64,000 nt of DNA, from the NCBI GenBank assembly GCA_013265495.1, contig MU058337.1, forward strand, positions 3,900,880 to 3,964,879, given 5' to 3'. Shown piece by piece: positions 1-11,637 of this stretch (position 1 is its first letter; each line of letters begins with the position of its first letter). The notes below the pieces were generated by a model, which was given only the letters and a program-made list of their open reading frames with translations, did not search any database and was not told the origin of the DNA. Source of the stretch: Vicugna vicugna. Lineage: Eukaryota. A program made the position numbers and the translations under genes.

Positions 1-872
1 TCAGCTCCCTGTTGTCTTTTGTATTTCTCTTCCAAGCTGGAATGTTTTTTGAGTGGAAGAATGCATCTTCAATGATTACATGAAGACAGCAGACATAAAT
101 TGTGACTGTCCCACACAGACTCGGACCCATCATTGTCCTAGAGCCATACTGCTTTCCGTACAGCTGACTGACTTTGGTCAGTAATAATCTTTGGGCCCCT
201 GGGTTCAGAATGTTTTCTTCTGGAGAATGCCGCTTGCCATTATTGAACGCCCCAAGGCACTGCCACCCTATAAGTCATTTATATTAATTCTTGGCTTGGT
301 GTTTCCTAAGTCATGCAATTATGGTAATTATCCAAAGAAGGAAGAAATGTTCATTAAAGTGTTCATTTTCCACTTGGTGCCAAGACTAAGGCAGACATGT
401 TTTCTTATAATCTCCCTTTTCCAAAGGTCATTTCTTCTTTTCCTAGTCTGCCTTTCCCTCAGTATGTAACCCATCTCTAAGGAGGGAAATTCAAGTTCTT
501 ACCTTCATCTTCTACATGGTCAAGGCCTTGTCTTCTATCCCTGGGCAGCCAGTCCAGGACAGCTAAAGCATCAAAGCTTGCTTAACACTCTGGGAGTATC
601 TTGTATTGCATTTATGTATTTACACACTTGCTTGCTCACATACTTAGGGAACTTCCGTATGTACTTAAAATTATGTTTCTATGTTTTATCCAGTATTTCT
701 AGATACTCAGTATGAAAAGTGTATTCAAAACATTTAGTCTTACCATATGGTTATAATCAGAACTCTGAAATATAATGTTTGTCATAGAGTCAGTTCTCTA
801 CTTTCTAGAAATTTCCTTTACCCTTCCAGATCTTTAACATGGGAAATCATCAAAATCTAGAAGGGAAGACTT

Positions 873-1254
873 TTTTTTAAAACATTTTTTTACATATCTT
901 AAAGGCTTTTTTTTATTTTTAACTTTATTTTGAAAAGATGTCAAACTTACAGAAAAGTTGCAAAAACAATTGAGTGAATTCCCAAATACTCATCAAGATT
1001 CACCACTTGTTCTTATTTTTGCTCTGTGTGCTTTATCACTCTCTATACCATATATTCTATTATTCTTTTTAATAAACGATTTGAGAGCAAATTGTAGACT
1101 TTTACCCCTAAATATTTTCATCTTCACTGCTAACAGTAGACATCCTCTTAAAAAATCACAGTACAGTTATTAAATTCAGAAAGTTTAACATTGTTAAGTT
1201 ATTGTTATCTAATCTGTGGTTCATATTCAAATTTCACTAATTGTCCCAATAAAG
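873..1254 (-). mobile_element. Ancient L1MC-like 3' end fragment with a 16-bp TSD
   Basis: TTTATTTTGAAA..CAAACTTACAGAAAAGTTGCAAAA..CATATTCAAATTTCACTAATTGTCCCAATAA resembles L1MC 3' ends; T-rich tail on the left; flanked by CTAGAAGGGAAGACTT at 857-872 and 1255-1270. Confidence 0.8.
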
Positions 1255-1764
1255 CTAGAAGGGAAGACTTGTAGAGTTAAAATTAAAGGCCCTTCTAAAA
1301 GACATCATGGCCCCTAATCGTTCATAAAACCCGTAAGAGATAGTAAGAGGACAGAAACTGGATGAATTAGTAATTCCCTGACTTTGAGAAGAGAATCAGA
1401 TACCATCCTAAGGAAATTGGAGTCTCCAAATTGTGAATTGGTCAAAATGCAGAATTCAGGACAATTTTTATAAACCCTAATTTCAGTTCCTTTCTTCCCC
1501 CTCCTTTTCATTCTTATTGCTTTTCTTGTTGTTTTGAGTACAAGTCTTTCTACACCTATATGAACTTGCTCCACCAGCAATATTTTATCTTTCTCAGTGG
1601 TTTATCTGATTTCCAGAAGCAAGATTCCCTTTAACCACACTGAAAAAGTTGGTCTGTATGCTGCCTCCCCTTCATACCTTCATCTTCCTTCCACTGGCTG
1701 ATAAAGTTCTCATCTCCATAATCTAATACTGTGTATTGACCAGCACTGGGCCTCTTATTTCCAG

Positions 1765-1807
1765 GGTAAAAGCAAGAGGTAGATGGTGAAAGCAAGAGGT
1801 AGATGGT
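1765..1807 (+). repeat. Tandem duplication of a 20-bp unit
   Basis: GGTAAAAGCAAGAGGTAGAT followed by GGTGAAAGCAAGAGGTAGAT and GGT; one mismatch. Confidence 0.9.
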
Positions 1808-4674
1808 CATTTTTCCTAAATTCTAAATTATAAGAATAGTAAGACACATTGGGCTATATTTTCAGTGTTATCTATAGTGCTGGCTCCAAGATGAGAGATG
1901 TAGCTAAAATATTTTTCACTTATTACACTCAATACAATGTAATACTACCGTAACATGTATGGTATATAAATGGGTTCATTGATAGCTTTTTAATTCATAT
2001 GTGTTTTTCTAATTTTATATTCTGAGAGGAAAGCATTCCATTCATTCCGTAACAGCTCTTGTTAGAGTTTCATCAGACCACAACAGTTCTCTACAAAAAT
2101 CAGCTCTCCTGTGGGATGGAGATAACCATATAAGTTTAAGAGGTCATCGAATTGAGCCCATGTACTGAAATGTACCATGCACTTTAGCAAAAAGTGTAGA
2201 AGTATTAAGACAAACCACAACCCACTTGCCAAGAGATGGAAGCAAATCTGTCAAGAAGACATTCCTCCTACTTATACCAGACAGCTCAGGAGAGCCTCCC
2301 AAAGACTAGCAAAGATAAGGGTGAGCAATCCACTTTTGCTTCTACTAAACCAAGAGAATAAGAGAAAGAAAGGCAAGTAATTCTGAATGTAGACAAATAT
2401 TTGTACTAAAATCGTGATTTCTCAAAGATAAACTTTTTAAAACTTTTCACAGGATCATCGAGAAATGTGATCCTTAACTTCAGTGCCCCTCAAGCCAGAA
2501 ATGGAGACTTTTCAGAGTATATTCTACCTACCATAGAGGGGAAACCTACCATCTCTAAAGATAGACATCAGTTAGAAGCTTTTTAACAGCTTTGGAGGGC
2601 AGCATTTATCTTGTTGTGGTACATCCAGCATCCATCAGACAGTTTCTTCTAGACCAAAGCAGAACATTTCTAACACAGCAGTTGTATCTACAAGCTCTCT
2701 GATCTGAGTCATGTAAGATGGGTTGGGACTAACTTTGAAAGTAGACAAAGACCAATTTGTAAGAACAAGTACAGAAAAGAGTGAAGACAATGAGGAATTT
2801 TCAACTTCTCTGGGGAACTCATTTGGGCTGGGAAACTTTTGAACTTCCCCAGATGCCTCAAGCATGAATTTCCCTCCAATAGAAGACTGAGATTAGTTTA
2901 TAGTTTTACATTGCAAACACACAGGGAAGTTTCCCAGCACCTTGTCTGACTTGTTGAGTATTCAGCCAGCAAATTTTTAACAAGATTAGTAAGGTGCCGT
3001 GTCAAACAACATTTGAAAGTGTTAATCTAAGACCTTTTGAAATGTGAGTTTATTATAAGTTTCTCCACCCCTAAAGGAGAACCTAAACCAGGCTGGTAGG
3101 CTCTCTAATGGGGGGAAATGGTTACTTGACAAATAAATCTGTTGCATTTGGTGCTGGAGGTCTAGAAACTAGTTCTTCAAGTAAAGATCAGCAACTACCA
3201 TTTTTATATATAGCAACTACTTTGTGGATGGGCCTAATTAGAGTCTGCTATAATATAATGTTGATTTAAATATTTTAAGCAGAAGATAAATACTTTCAGA
3301 CTATGATTTGTTTCTTCAGGGAATTTTATTAACTCCACACACATGGAGACCCAGGGTTTACTTCATTTTATCTTTGGAAAGGTCAGCCATCTTCTACCCC
3401 AAGTGTTAGTTCATTTGCTAAATCAATGAAAATTTACTCCTGAGAGGTATTTGATATTTGTCCTACACTAAAACTGCTCCACTCTCAAAATTAAAGATTT
3501 AATTATCTCCATAGCTTTGGTTCTTAAAATCTCTTGTACAAGTCTTTCCATGAAAACAACTCATCGTCATGAAAACTTCCAATCCACTGACCACTCCATT
3601 TCCATTAGCTCCGCCTTTCTTCCCTTCTTTATGATAGTTCTTTTTTCCTTAGATTCGAATTCACAACCCATCACTACAGTCAACCTCTTACAAACATTCT
3701 TTCTCAGTAATTGTTCCTCCATCACAGTCACTTGGAAAATAAAAAGTAGCCATTAATCTAATGGCCATTTGACTTCACCATGTCCAAAATTATACAGCTA
3801 AGAATTGTTGAAGAAAATCACAGAAAAGGTGATTCAACACCAGCCAAGAGTCCAAAATCATTTCTCAGTAGCCTCAATAAAATTAGTTCTCTCTCTCTCT
3901 GTCTTACCTCTTTGATGTATCTTTGGTATTTAGAAAAGTATGCATGTTTTGTTCTAGTGGTTTCATTTATAACCCTGTTTCAATAATTATTTATCCATGT
4001 TGAAACTTATTCCACTTCTTGGAAGACGGTCTCATGTCTTTTCCTTACCCCTCAAACTCTACACTTCCTTGTCTCTGCTGTGCACGTTACCTAGTACTGC
4101 ACTGACACAGTCCTCAGACTGTATCTGATTTTCCTGTTTCCTTTACCCAGACTGTATTTCTCTCCTCTTGTGAAAATAGAGGAAGTATTTTTTTTTTTTT
4201 CTAGCCGATGAAGAATCTGCTCATCTCAGCCTTCCAAGGACTTTCCTGGAGTGACTCTTCTCTCACCTAAATTCTCATTCTTTCCTGTTAACTGGATCTT
4301 TTTCTTCACACAAGCAAGCTCTAGTATCTACCATTAAGTAAAATAAAGGTAAAAAGGAAGAAACCCTCCTGATTTTCTGTTCTTCTCTAGATTCTCTCAC
4401 ATTTCTCTGATCCTGTTAAGGCCACATTTTTTTATGTTGCCAGCTCATTATCTCTTATCTACAATTCCTGCTTACTACCTGACTCATTTCAGTCTGGTTC
4501 TTTCCCTTACCATGCCACTCAGTCTGACTGTGCCAAGGTCATCCATCAGTTACCTACATGTTGCCAAAGCCATTAGTCATTCTTCATTCTGCTGCGTACA
4601 AGTAGCAAATGAAAGGCTTGACTACCCCTTGCTTCCTGCAAGATTTTTCCTCTTAAGGCTTTCCCTGTACCATC

Positions 4675-5756
4675 TACTGTAGATAGATGTGTACCCTCTA
4701 AATTAGTATGTTGAAGCTAAACCCCCAGTATGACTATATTTGGAGATGGTGTCTCTAAAGAAGTTGCATTTCTTTACACTAACGAATCAACAGGAAAATA
4801 AAGTAAAGAAACAATCCCTTTTAAAATACCACCCAAAGTAATAAAATACCTAGGAATAAATCTAACCAAGTAGGTGAAAGACTTACTCATGGAGAACTAT
4901 AAAACATTGATTAAGGACATTAAAGAAGACTTAAAAAAATGAAAAGATATCCCATGCTCCTGGATTGGGAGAATCAATATTGTTAAAATGGTCATACTGC
5001 CCAAGACAATCGACAGATTTAATGCACTCCCTATCAAATTAGACAGGACATATTTCACAGAACTAGAAAAAATAATCAAATTTATATGGAATCACAAAAG
5101 ACCCAGAATTGCCAAATCATTACTGAAGAAAAAGAAAGAGGCTGGAGGAATAACCTTCCTAGGCTTCAGACAATACTACAGAGCTACAGTCATCAAAACA
5201 GCATGGTATTGGTACAAAAATGGACATATGGACCAATGGCACAGACTGGGCGTTTGAAATTTGTAGATACTGACAGGTATATATAGAACAGATAAATAAG
5301 ATTATACTGTATAGCACAGGGAAATATATACAAGATCTTGTGGTAGTTCACGGTGAAAAAGAATGTGACAATGATACATGTATGTTCATGTATAACTGAA
5401 AAATTGTGCTCTACACTGGAAATTGACACAACATTGTAAACTGACCATAACTAAATAAAGTAAAATTTAAAAAAAGAGAAGTAATTAAGGTTAAATGAGG
5501 TCATAAGGGTGGGGCCCTGATTTGATAGGATTAGGATCCTTATAAGAAGATATACCACATGTGCTCAGAGGAAAGCCTATGTGAGGACACAAAGTAGGCT
5601 CCTGGGAGCAGGAAGAGAGCCCCCACCAAAAACTCTCCATATTGGCATCTTGATCTTGGACTTCCAGCCTCCAAAACTTTTAGAAAATGAATTTCTGTGT
5701 TTCAGCCACCCAGTCTGTGGTGCTTTGCTATGACATTCCTGGAAGATGGAGACACA
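4675..5756 (+). mobile_element. MLT1A-like (ERVL-MaLR) solo LTR split by the L1 insertion
   Basis: Typical MaLR text on both sides of the L1: GACTATATTTGGAGATGG | GTAATTAAGGTTAAATGAGGTCATAAGGGTGGGGCCCTGA, TTGATCTTGGACTTCCAGCCTCCA, AGCCACCCAGTCTGTGG. Confidence 0.85.
4765..5476 (+). mobile_element. 5'-truncated, internally deleted L1 of a family related to the 56-62 kb element, nested in a MaLR LTR
   Basis: 4765-5245 aligns by eye to ORF2 at ~60041-60528 ([19 protein letters not shown]); 5246-5476 aligns to the 3'UTR from 61743 and ends in AATAAA plus an A-rich tail. Confidence 0.92.
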
Positions 5757-8700
5757 CCTTCTCTGGAGTTTCTTCCAGCTCTTTCACCGCTCTTTTATAA
5801 TTCCAGCTCCTCTGCCCTCATGTTAATACAAGGATTTCTCACAGCTGAATCTTTATCTTCCTCTTTATATCCTCCACGAAAGCAATCTCAAGATTTTCTG
5901 TGGTTTTTAACTACTATCTGAATGCTGATGACTCCTACAACTGCAAACAGCCTAAATGGCTTCTGAAATTCACAAAATTTCATATCCAAGCCCTTAGTGA
6001 CTGAGAAAAGAAAAAGCTGAAAGATCTCACTGGCTCCTAAGTTTCTGCCCGGAAATGACACACTCCCATTCCCATTCAGTTCATCAAGGCAGGTCACCTG
6101 GCCATGTGTGACTTCAGCACGTGCCTGGAAAAAGAGAAAGGATCGAAATTCATCACCAGTGACTACAATAACCCCAAACCTGTTTCTCCTCTGTATTGCT
6201 GAGGGATCCTCTGCACCTCAGCACTCACACCACTGTTCACTCAGTTGCAAAAGTTTGTTGGCACACTGATTCCTTCCTTTCCTCATCCCCCACGTGCAGT
6301 CCTTTGTTATCCTTTGCATTCTTCCTTCTAGAAATATCTAGACTACATTTCTTGGCAAATCCACGTAACTTACTTAGTCCAGGTCACTGCCATCTCTAAC
6401 TTAAATTAATACAATATCATTATAACTGAACCTCCCACCTCCTCTCTTTCTTTCCTTTGCCCTGCATTTTCTACTTTGCCCTTTTCTAATCCACCTTCCA
6501 AATTTCAGGTAGAATGATATGCTAGAGATGAAGAAAGAAAGTCAGCCATTCAGTAGCTCCCATCACCATCTCCCGGCATGTCCTGTACCATTTTTCTCAC
6601 TCACTGTTCTCCATGCAGGCTGGCTTCACCTGCTTTGCCATCTTCCTGACATGCTTGCCTCTGGCTGGTCCCATGGCTATATCCTTCTCATCCTCAAATA
6701 CCAGCTTAAATATTATTATCTCAAGCAGGATTTCCCAGTAATCTTATTTTAACAGTGACACCCACCCCACCTTCTTATTTCCATTACAGAATATGGTTCG
6801 TGGTTCTTTAATAAATTTGCAGTTGGTTTGCACTTACATGTGCTTATCTGTTATTTTTCTTCCCCCAGTCGACAAGACATCTGTCCTTTTTGTTCTCTAG
6901 GATGTCCCTGGTATTTAACACTGTCCCTTAATAAATGTTTATTCAGTGAATAAATGACAAACACCAACTGCGAAGCTGAGGCCAATGTTTACTTGAGCTA
7001 AAAGCAGACTTTAAATATGCTTGTTCACCTCTCTTACTACTTTGCTCACAGTGTATGTTCAGCAAGTAGAACAGACCTTGTCCACAGTATGTACCCAACA
7101 AATATTTGTTGAATCGATGAAGGAATGAATGTGGTAAAGTGTGTAAAGGACAAATATCAGATTATTTGCAGTTTTATTGGCCTTTTCTTGGCTTTTGGCT
7201 TTTAAAATCATTTATAGGTCACACTGTTGTGTTTTTAGCCTAGACCATGGTTATTGACACATGAACATCATGTTCTCCTTAACTCCCTGCTGGGGATCCA
7301 AACTTCTTCTCCCAAAGCAGTTAAAATTTCCAGCTGAAGAACTCAGGATAATAGTGACTCCTTTCTTTTAAACTTGATTGTTAATCTGATACTACTTTTG
7401 AATGTGTATAAACTGCCCCTGCTACAGGAAAATAAAATGGTCATATCATATTTCATACATATCCATTATGCTTTTATTATTTATAACCTTGTACCTAATT
7501 AATTTTAAACAAAAAGCGTTAAACATCAAACATTTTAGTAATAAAATTATTAGTTGACATTCTCTATTTCAGGCAGATTGTAAATAATGACCCTATGTAA
7601 CAAGATAACATTTTGTTACTTTAGTGTTAATTTTCCAGCCATTTGCAAAGTAACAATGAGATATATTTAGTGGGGCCATGAGGAGTATCAGCTTACATGT
7701 GCCTTGAAGTATTTTTAGGCTAAAAGTATCTTATCCATGCCACATAAACTAATCTTTGGACCTCTGCCCCCTATTTATCTGTTCTATAGAGCAAATTTAA
7801 AATGATCATTCAGGTAGCGTCCTGACTTAGAAGACTAGTCATCAGATCGTCTCAAACAAATGTAGGATGATTTTCTATCTGGGTTGTGTCTTCGGTGGGT
7901 TCTTCAGCTTCCATGAAGACACAGAAACCACACTCGTGCCCCATTTGCTGCCGAGGCAGCGTGGAAACATACAAACATGACCGGTGAGCCTTCAGAATTG
8001 AGCCCAGAAAAAGTTTTATTCAGGACAGTTTCTTCAGAGGACACTTGGTCCACCCATTCTTCTGAGTATTTCGTAGCGAAAATGGCAGTGGACCAACAAT
8101 GGATCAGCAAAGATCTGGGAATCTCACTGACAGCATGATAGTAGGTCTGCTTTTAAGTGAGTTGCTCTTGCTGCAACCTCAACCGTCTGCATTGAGGTCC
8201 ACTCACAGAGGAGCCCAGTGAAGCAAAGTGATAGGTCAACAAGACTTTGCTGTCAGGAAGGTGTTAATTATATCACAATGTTTTATTTTATTTTTTTAAG
8301 TAAAAAAACCCAGGAGCTACGTCTGTTGTTTTAAAGATCTTAAGCAATTTTTTTTCAAATTTTGTCTTTCTGGTTTTTGTCTCATTTTCAACTTATGTTT
8401 CTGTTTATTTGTCACACAGAAGTAATTATAAGCATTTCTTGAAATAAAAATATGTACACACAGATAACATATAAATACACATATGTAATATATATACACA
8501 AAATATATAAACATAATATACAATGTATATTACATGTATAAAATATATGACTAACCCCTTTAGCATCTCTCTCTAATAAGATTATTGTCCTTTTTTGAAG
8601 ACAGTGTCTTTAACCAAAGAAATAAATCTACAATGATGCAGTTTTACCCCAGTGGAAGGCTTGAGGGAGATATTAGTGAGTAGGAAGGAAAATACCCAAG

Positions 8701-9374
8701 TAATACTCAAATTACAAGTTAGCAGTTACCTACCCCATCTGATCACTAGGCCATTCTAATGTACACACAGTTTTCAAAATTAGTTCCATTCTAGATCTAA
8801 GGCAGAAAACAGGAGCTTAGCCTTCTCACTCTCACTCTCTTATTGACTTAAACCTGGGCCGTCACTGAGCTGTTTGGTAGCCTTCCTTTCCCATATTGCT
8901 TCCTCTTTTCTCTCTAATTCATGGGCAGGAACCACATCTCCTGGATTTAAAAATTAATCTATTCATCATTTTTTAAGAAACACTTGCTCTGTAGGCAGCA
9001 CAATGCTAGACTTTTTGGAGTATTAAGAGGTCCAAGGTGTCGTCCTCTTCCCTGTGTCTGGCCAGTAGTGTGATAGGTCCATACTCACTGCTGTGTGAGC
9101 GACACATAAGCAGAAGCACAAGGTAAGAAGTAAAGAGTCATTGTCTTAGGGGAGGAGATGTCTGAGTTGACAATTCAAGGACAGCTAGACCCTGAAACGC
9201 ACAGTGAATTTGGTACGGTAGGTTAAAAAAATGGTGAAGAATTTCTGAGGAGTGTGGGTAGAAGGGATAGGATAAATAAAAGTTGCAAATATAAGCATAT
9301 TATGCAGAGAATCCACAGATAACTCTGAGAAGCAGCATAGCCTAATAAGAAAAACAACAACAACAACAAGAATA

Positions 9375-9755
9375 ATAGTAGTTAGCACGTACTAAGCACT
9401 TAAGTTCCCAGGTATCGGCTAATTAAATCATCACAACGACCCTAAGGTTGAGGTGTGCTCAGTATTCCCATTGTGACTCATGAGGAAATTGAAGTCCAGA
9501 GATGTTAACTGATTTTCCCACGATCACACAACCAGACCAGGCATTGCGGCCCCAGAGTCCACCTGACAAGGGCCAGCCCTCCATCCCTGCTGGGTACTAC
9601 CTGTGTGGCCTTAGGTGAGCTATGTAACTTCTCTAAGGTTCAGTTGTCTCATCTGTAAGATGAAATTATATCAAACTGTATCATAGGATTAAGAAACATT
9701 CACTGAGTTGTCAAATGCTGCTCCGTGAGTGCTTGCTACCTGTTACTTATTATTG
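9375..9755. mobile_element. Two adjacent MIR SINEs in opposite orientation
   Basis: Minus-strand MIR core (ATGAGGAAATTGAAGTCCAGAGATGTTAAC) followed by plus-strand core (TGTGGCCTTAGGTGAG..TAACTTCTCTAAGGTTCAGTTGTCTCATCTGTAAGATG). Confidence 0.7.
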
Positions 9756-11382
9756 CTTTCTTTATTTTTGTTGTTGTTCCTCTTGCTGTTCTAACTAGGG
9801 TTCTTCTAGTTAGAAATGTAAGTTGAGGCTGGAAATAGAGATTTAGTCCAAACATTACAGGGCCTTGACTGTCTGGCATCACCCACACAAAGGTAGATAT
9901 TGGTGTCTGTAAGCTACCCGAGCACAGAGGTATAACTTTATGCTTCTTTGTGTCACAAACTCAGGTGGAGAATTGAACCCAGTAGATGCATACTAGATGC
10001 TGAATGAACAAATGGGTTCACTCACACTCCCTGCTTCTCGTCATGTGTGTTGGAAGGTCCACAGGTTGTCACAGAGCCCTGTGAGATGACCAAGTGGTGC
10101 CTGTGGCTCTCCATTCAGTGCAGCATGGAGCCAGCGAACTACTGGGACTGCAGGAGGAGACGGGAGGAAAGAGGGACTGAAGCCCTGCCCTTTGCCATCT
10201 GGGGCATTAGCTATGGGGAAACTACCAAAGTCCCTAACGCTTGGAGGGAAGTCCGGACAAATATCATGGAAGAGTGGTTTTGCCCCTCCTCCTTGCAGGG
10301 CTGTCGCCTGTGAGACACCTTTGCTGATAGGATTAAAGAGGAGCCCTTTTGAAGAAACTCAGAATTGCCAGTCTCATTCCCTGAGGATTTTCGATTTCAC
10401 CACAGCCAGTGTATTTACTTTGCTTCCTGTATCTCTACCAGTGATTCTCAAAGTCATCTCCCACTTTTATAAACCTTAACCTTGGCTGAGATTTTTTTTT
10501 AAGTAGAAATTTAAAAAGAATAAAATGTAAACACTAAAAATGTACATGTAACCCCCTTCTAGATAAAAATATGGAGTGGTAAAGGCAAATCCTAGACAGA
10601 GCTTCAAATCACAAGACTACACTGTTTTTGTTTTTGTCTTTTTGCCAAATATGGTAGAAATAAATCTGGGTCCAGTGAGTTTGTCGTAGCCTAAATTATT
10701 TTCAAGAAATCCATCTTTGATCTCTAAACATACAACCCTCTCAAAGAATTTCCAAAAACACTGAAGTGGAAACAGAAGGAGGAAGGCAACTCAGTGCCAT
10801 GAGATGTGGTACAGAGAAGCAGTGTTATTTCAATCACAATCATTTGCTAACATCTTGAACTTCTAACAGCTTTCTTAACCTCGTGCCCTTTACCATGTGG
10901 TGTGTTCAGTCTCTTTGCATACTTGGAAGCATACAGCACTAATTTCCTTGACCCTGTTATTCTGGGAGCTGAGGAATAGGGATGACTGGTAAGGTGGTAA
11001 CTTAAAAGCCATTCAGAATAGATGATGGCTTTTAAGGTAGTATGACATCAAGCTGAGAAGTTATGCTCACACAGGACATTAATGCTTGAAGGAATTGTAT
11101 GAATCCATTAGGAAGAAATTGCTTGGTGAACTTTAGCCCTTCCTTCTTAAAAATGCATTATGATTACTTGTAATAATTTAAGACAGATTTTTTTAATGTG
11201 TATGCTACTTTTAAGAAGTGAGATTTATTTTTTTAAGTCACTCTATTAGCCAACTTCAGAATCTTTTTGTAAGAAGCAGTGTGAGTTCCAACATTTGTTT
11301 CTTGGTCTATAGGAAAATTCACATCAACTTTTATGGCAGATGCATTTCATTCAGTCAAACAGTCACTATTTCAAGAAATATT

Positions 11383-11406
11383 TGTGTGTGTGTGTGTGTG
11401 TGTGTG
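11383..11406 (+). repeat. (TG)12 microsatellite
   Basis: Read directly from the sequence. Confidence 0.95.
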
Positions 11407-11518
11407 TTCGGTGCTGGGCTGTAATGTTTAGCAAAATGGGCCACAGTTCTCTACTCACAGATTTTTACACTCTACTGAGCAAGATGGATATTGATAGCAT
11501 AATAACAAAAATGAATTT

Positions 11519-11637
11519 ACATGGAAAAGAATGATAATGAGTGTATGTATATATATATATATATGTATATGCATGACTGGGACATTATGCTGTACACTGG
11601 AAATTGATACATTGTAATTGACTATACTTCAGTTTTA
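11519..11637 (+). mobile_element. Very short 5'-truncated L1 3'UTR fragment
   Basis: ATGCTGTACACTGGAAATTGATACATTGTAATTGACTATA resembles the 3'UTR ends at ~5400 and ~61880; near-perfect TSD AAAAATGA(A/G)TTT at 11507-11518 and 11638-11649; contains a (TA)n run. Confidence 0.8.

Larger units (their letters stand above)
164..2895 (+). pseudogene. Candidate unprocessed (multi-exon) pseudogene of unknown identity, 3' exons only
   Basis: Exon-like blocks 164-269, 1598-1765, 2056-2320 and 2453-~2895 have AG acceptors after pyrimidine-rich sequence, GT donors (one apparently mutated to AT) and compatible phases; the joined frame has about 8 stops and 2 inferred frameshifts. Confidence 0.45.
3450..6956 (+). 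mobile_element. Degraded L2 element interrupted by the MaLR/L1 pair
   Basis: Pyrimidine-rich L2-like text on both sides of the LTR, ending in an L2-type 3' end (AATAAATGTTTATTCAGTGAATAAATG). Boundaries approximate. Confidence 0.6.

Noticed and set aside
164..269. LTDFG read as a protein kinase DFG motif
   Set aside because: No APE motif or subdomain IX/XI follows at the expected spacing, so I do not assign a kinase.
4988..5257. 89-aa ORF (and 19930-20193, 21020-21268) as genes
   Set aside because: Fragments of L1 ORF2 in defective copies.
8440..8550. AT-rich quasi-repeat (also ~33060-33125)
   Set aside because: Degenerate (TA/CA)n low-complexity sequence with no defined unit.
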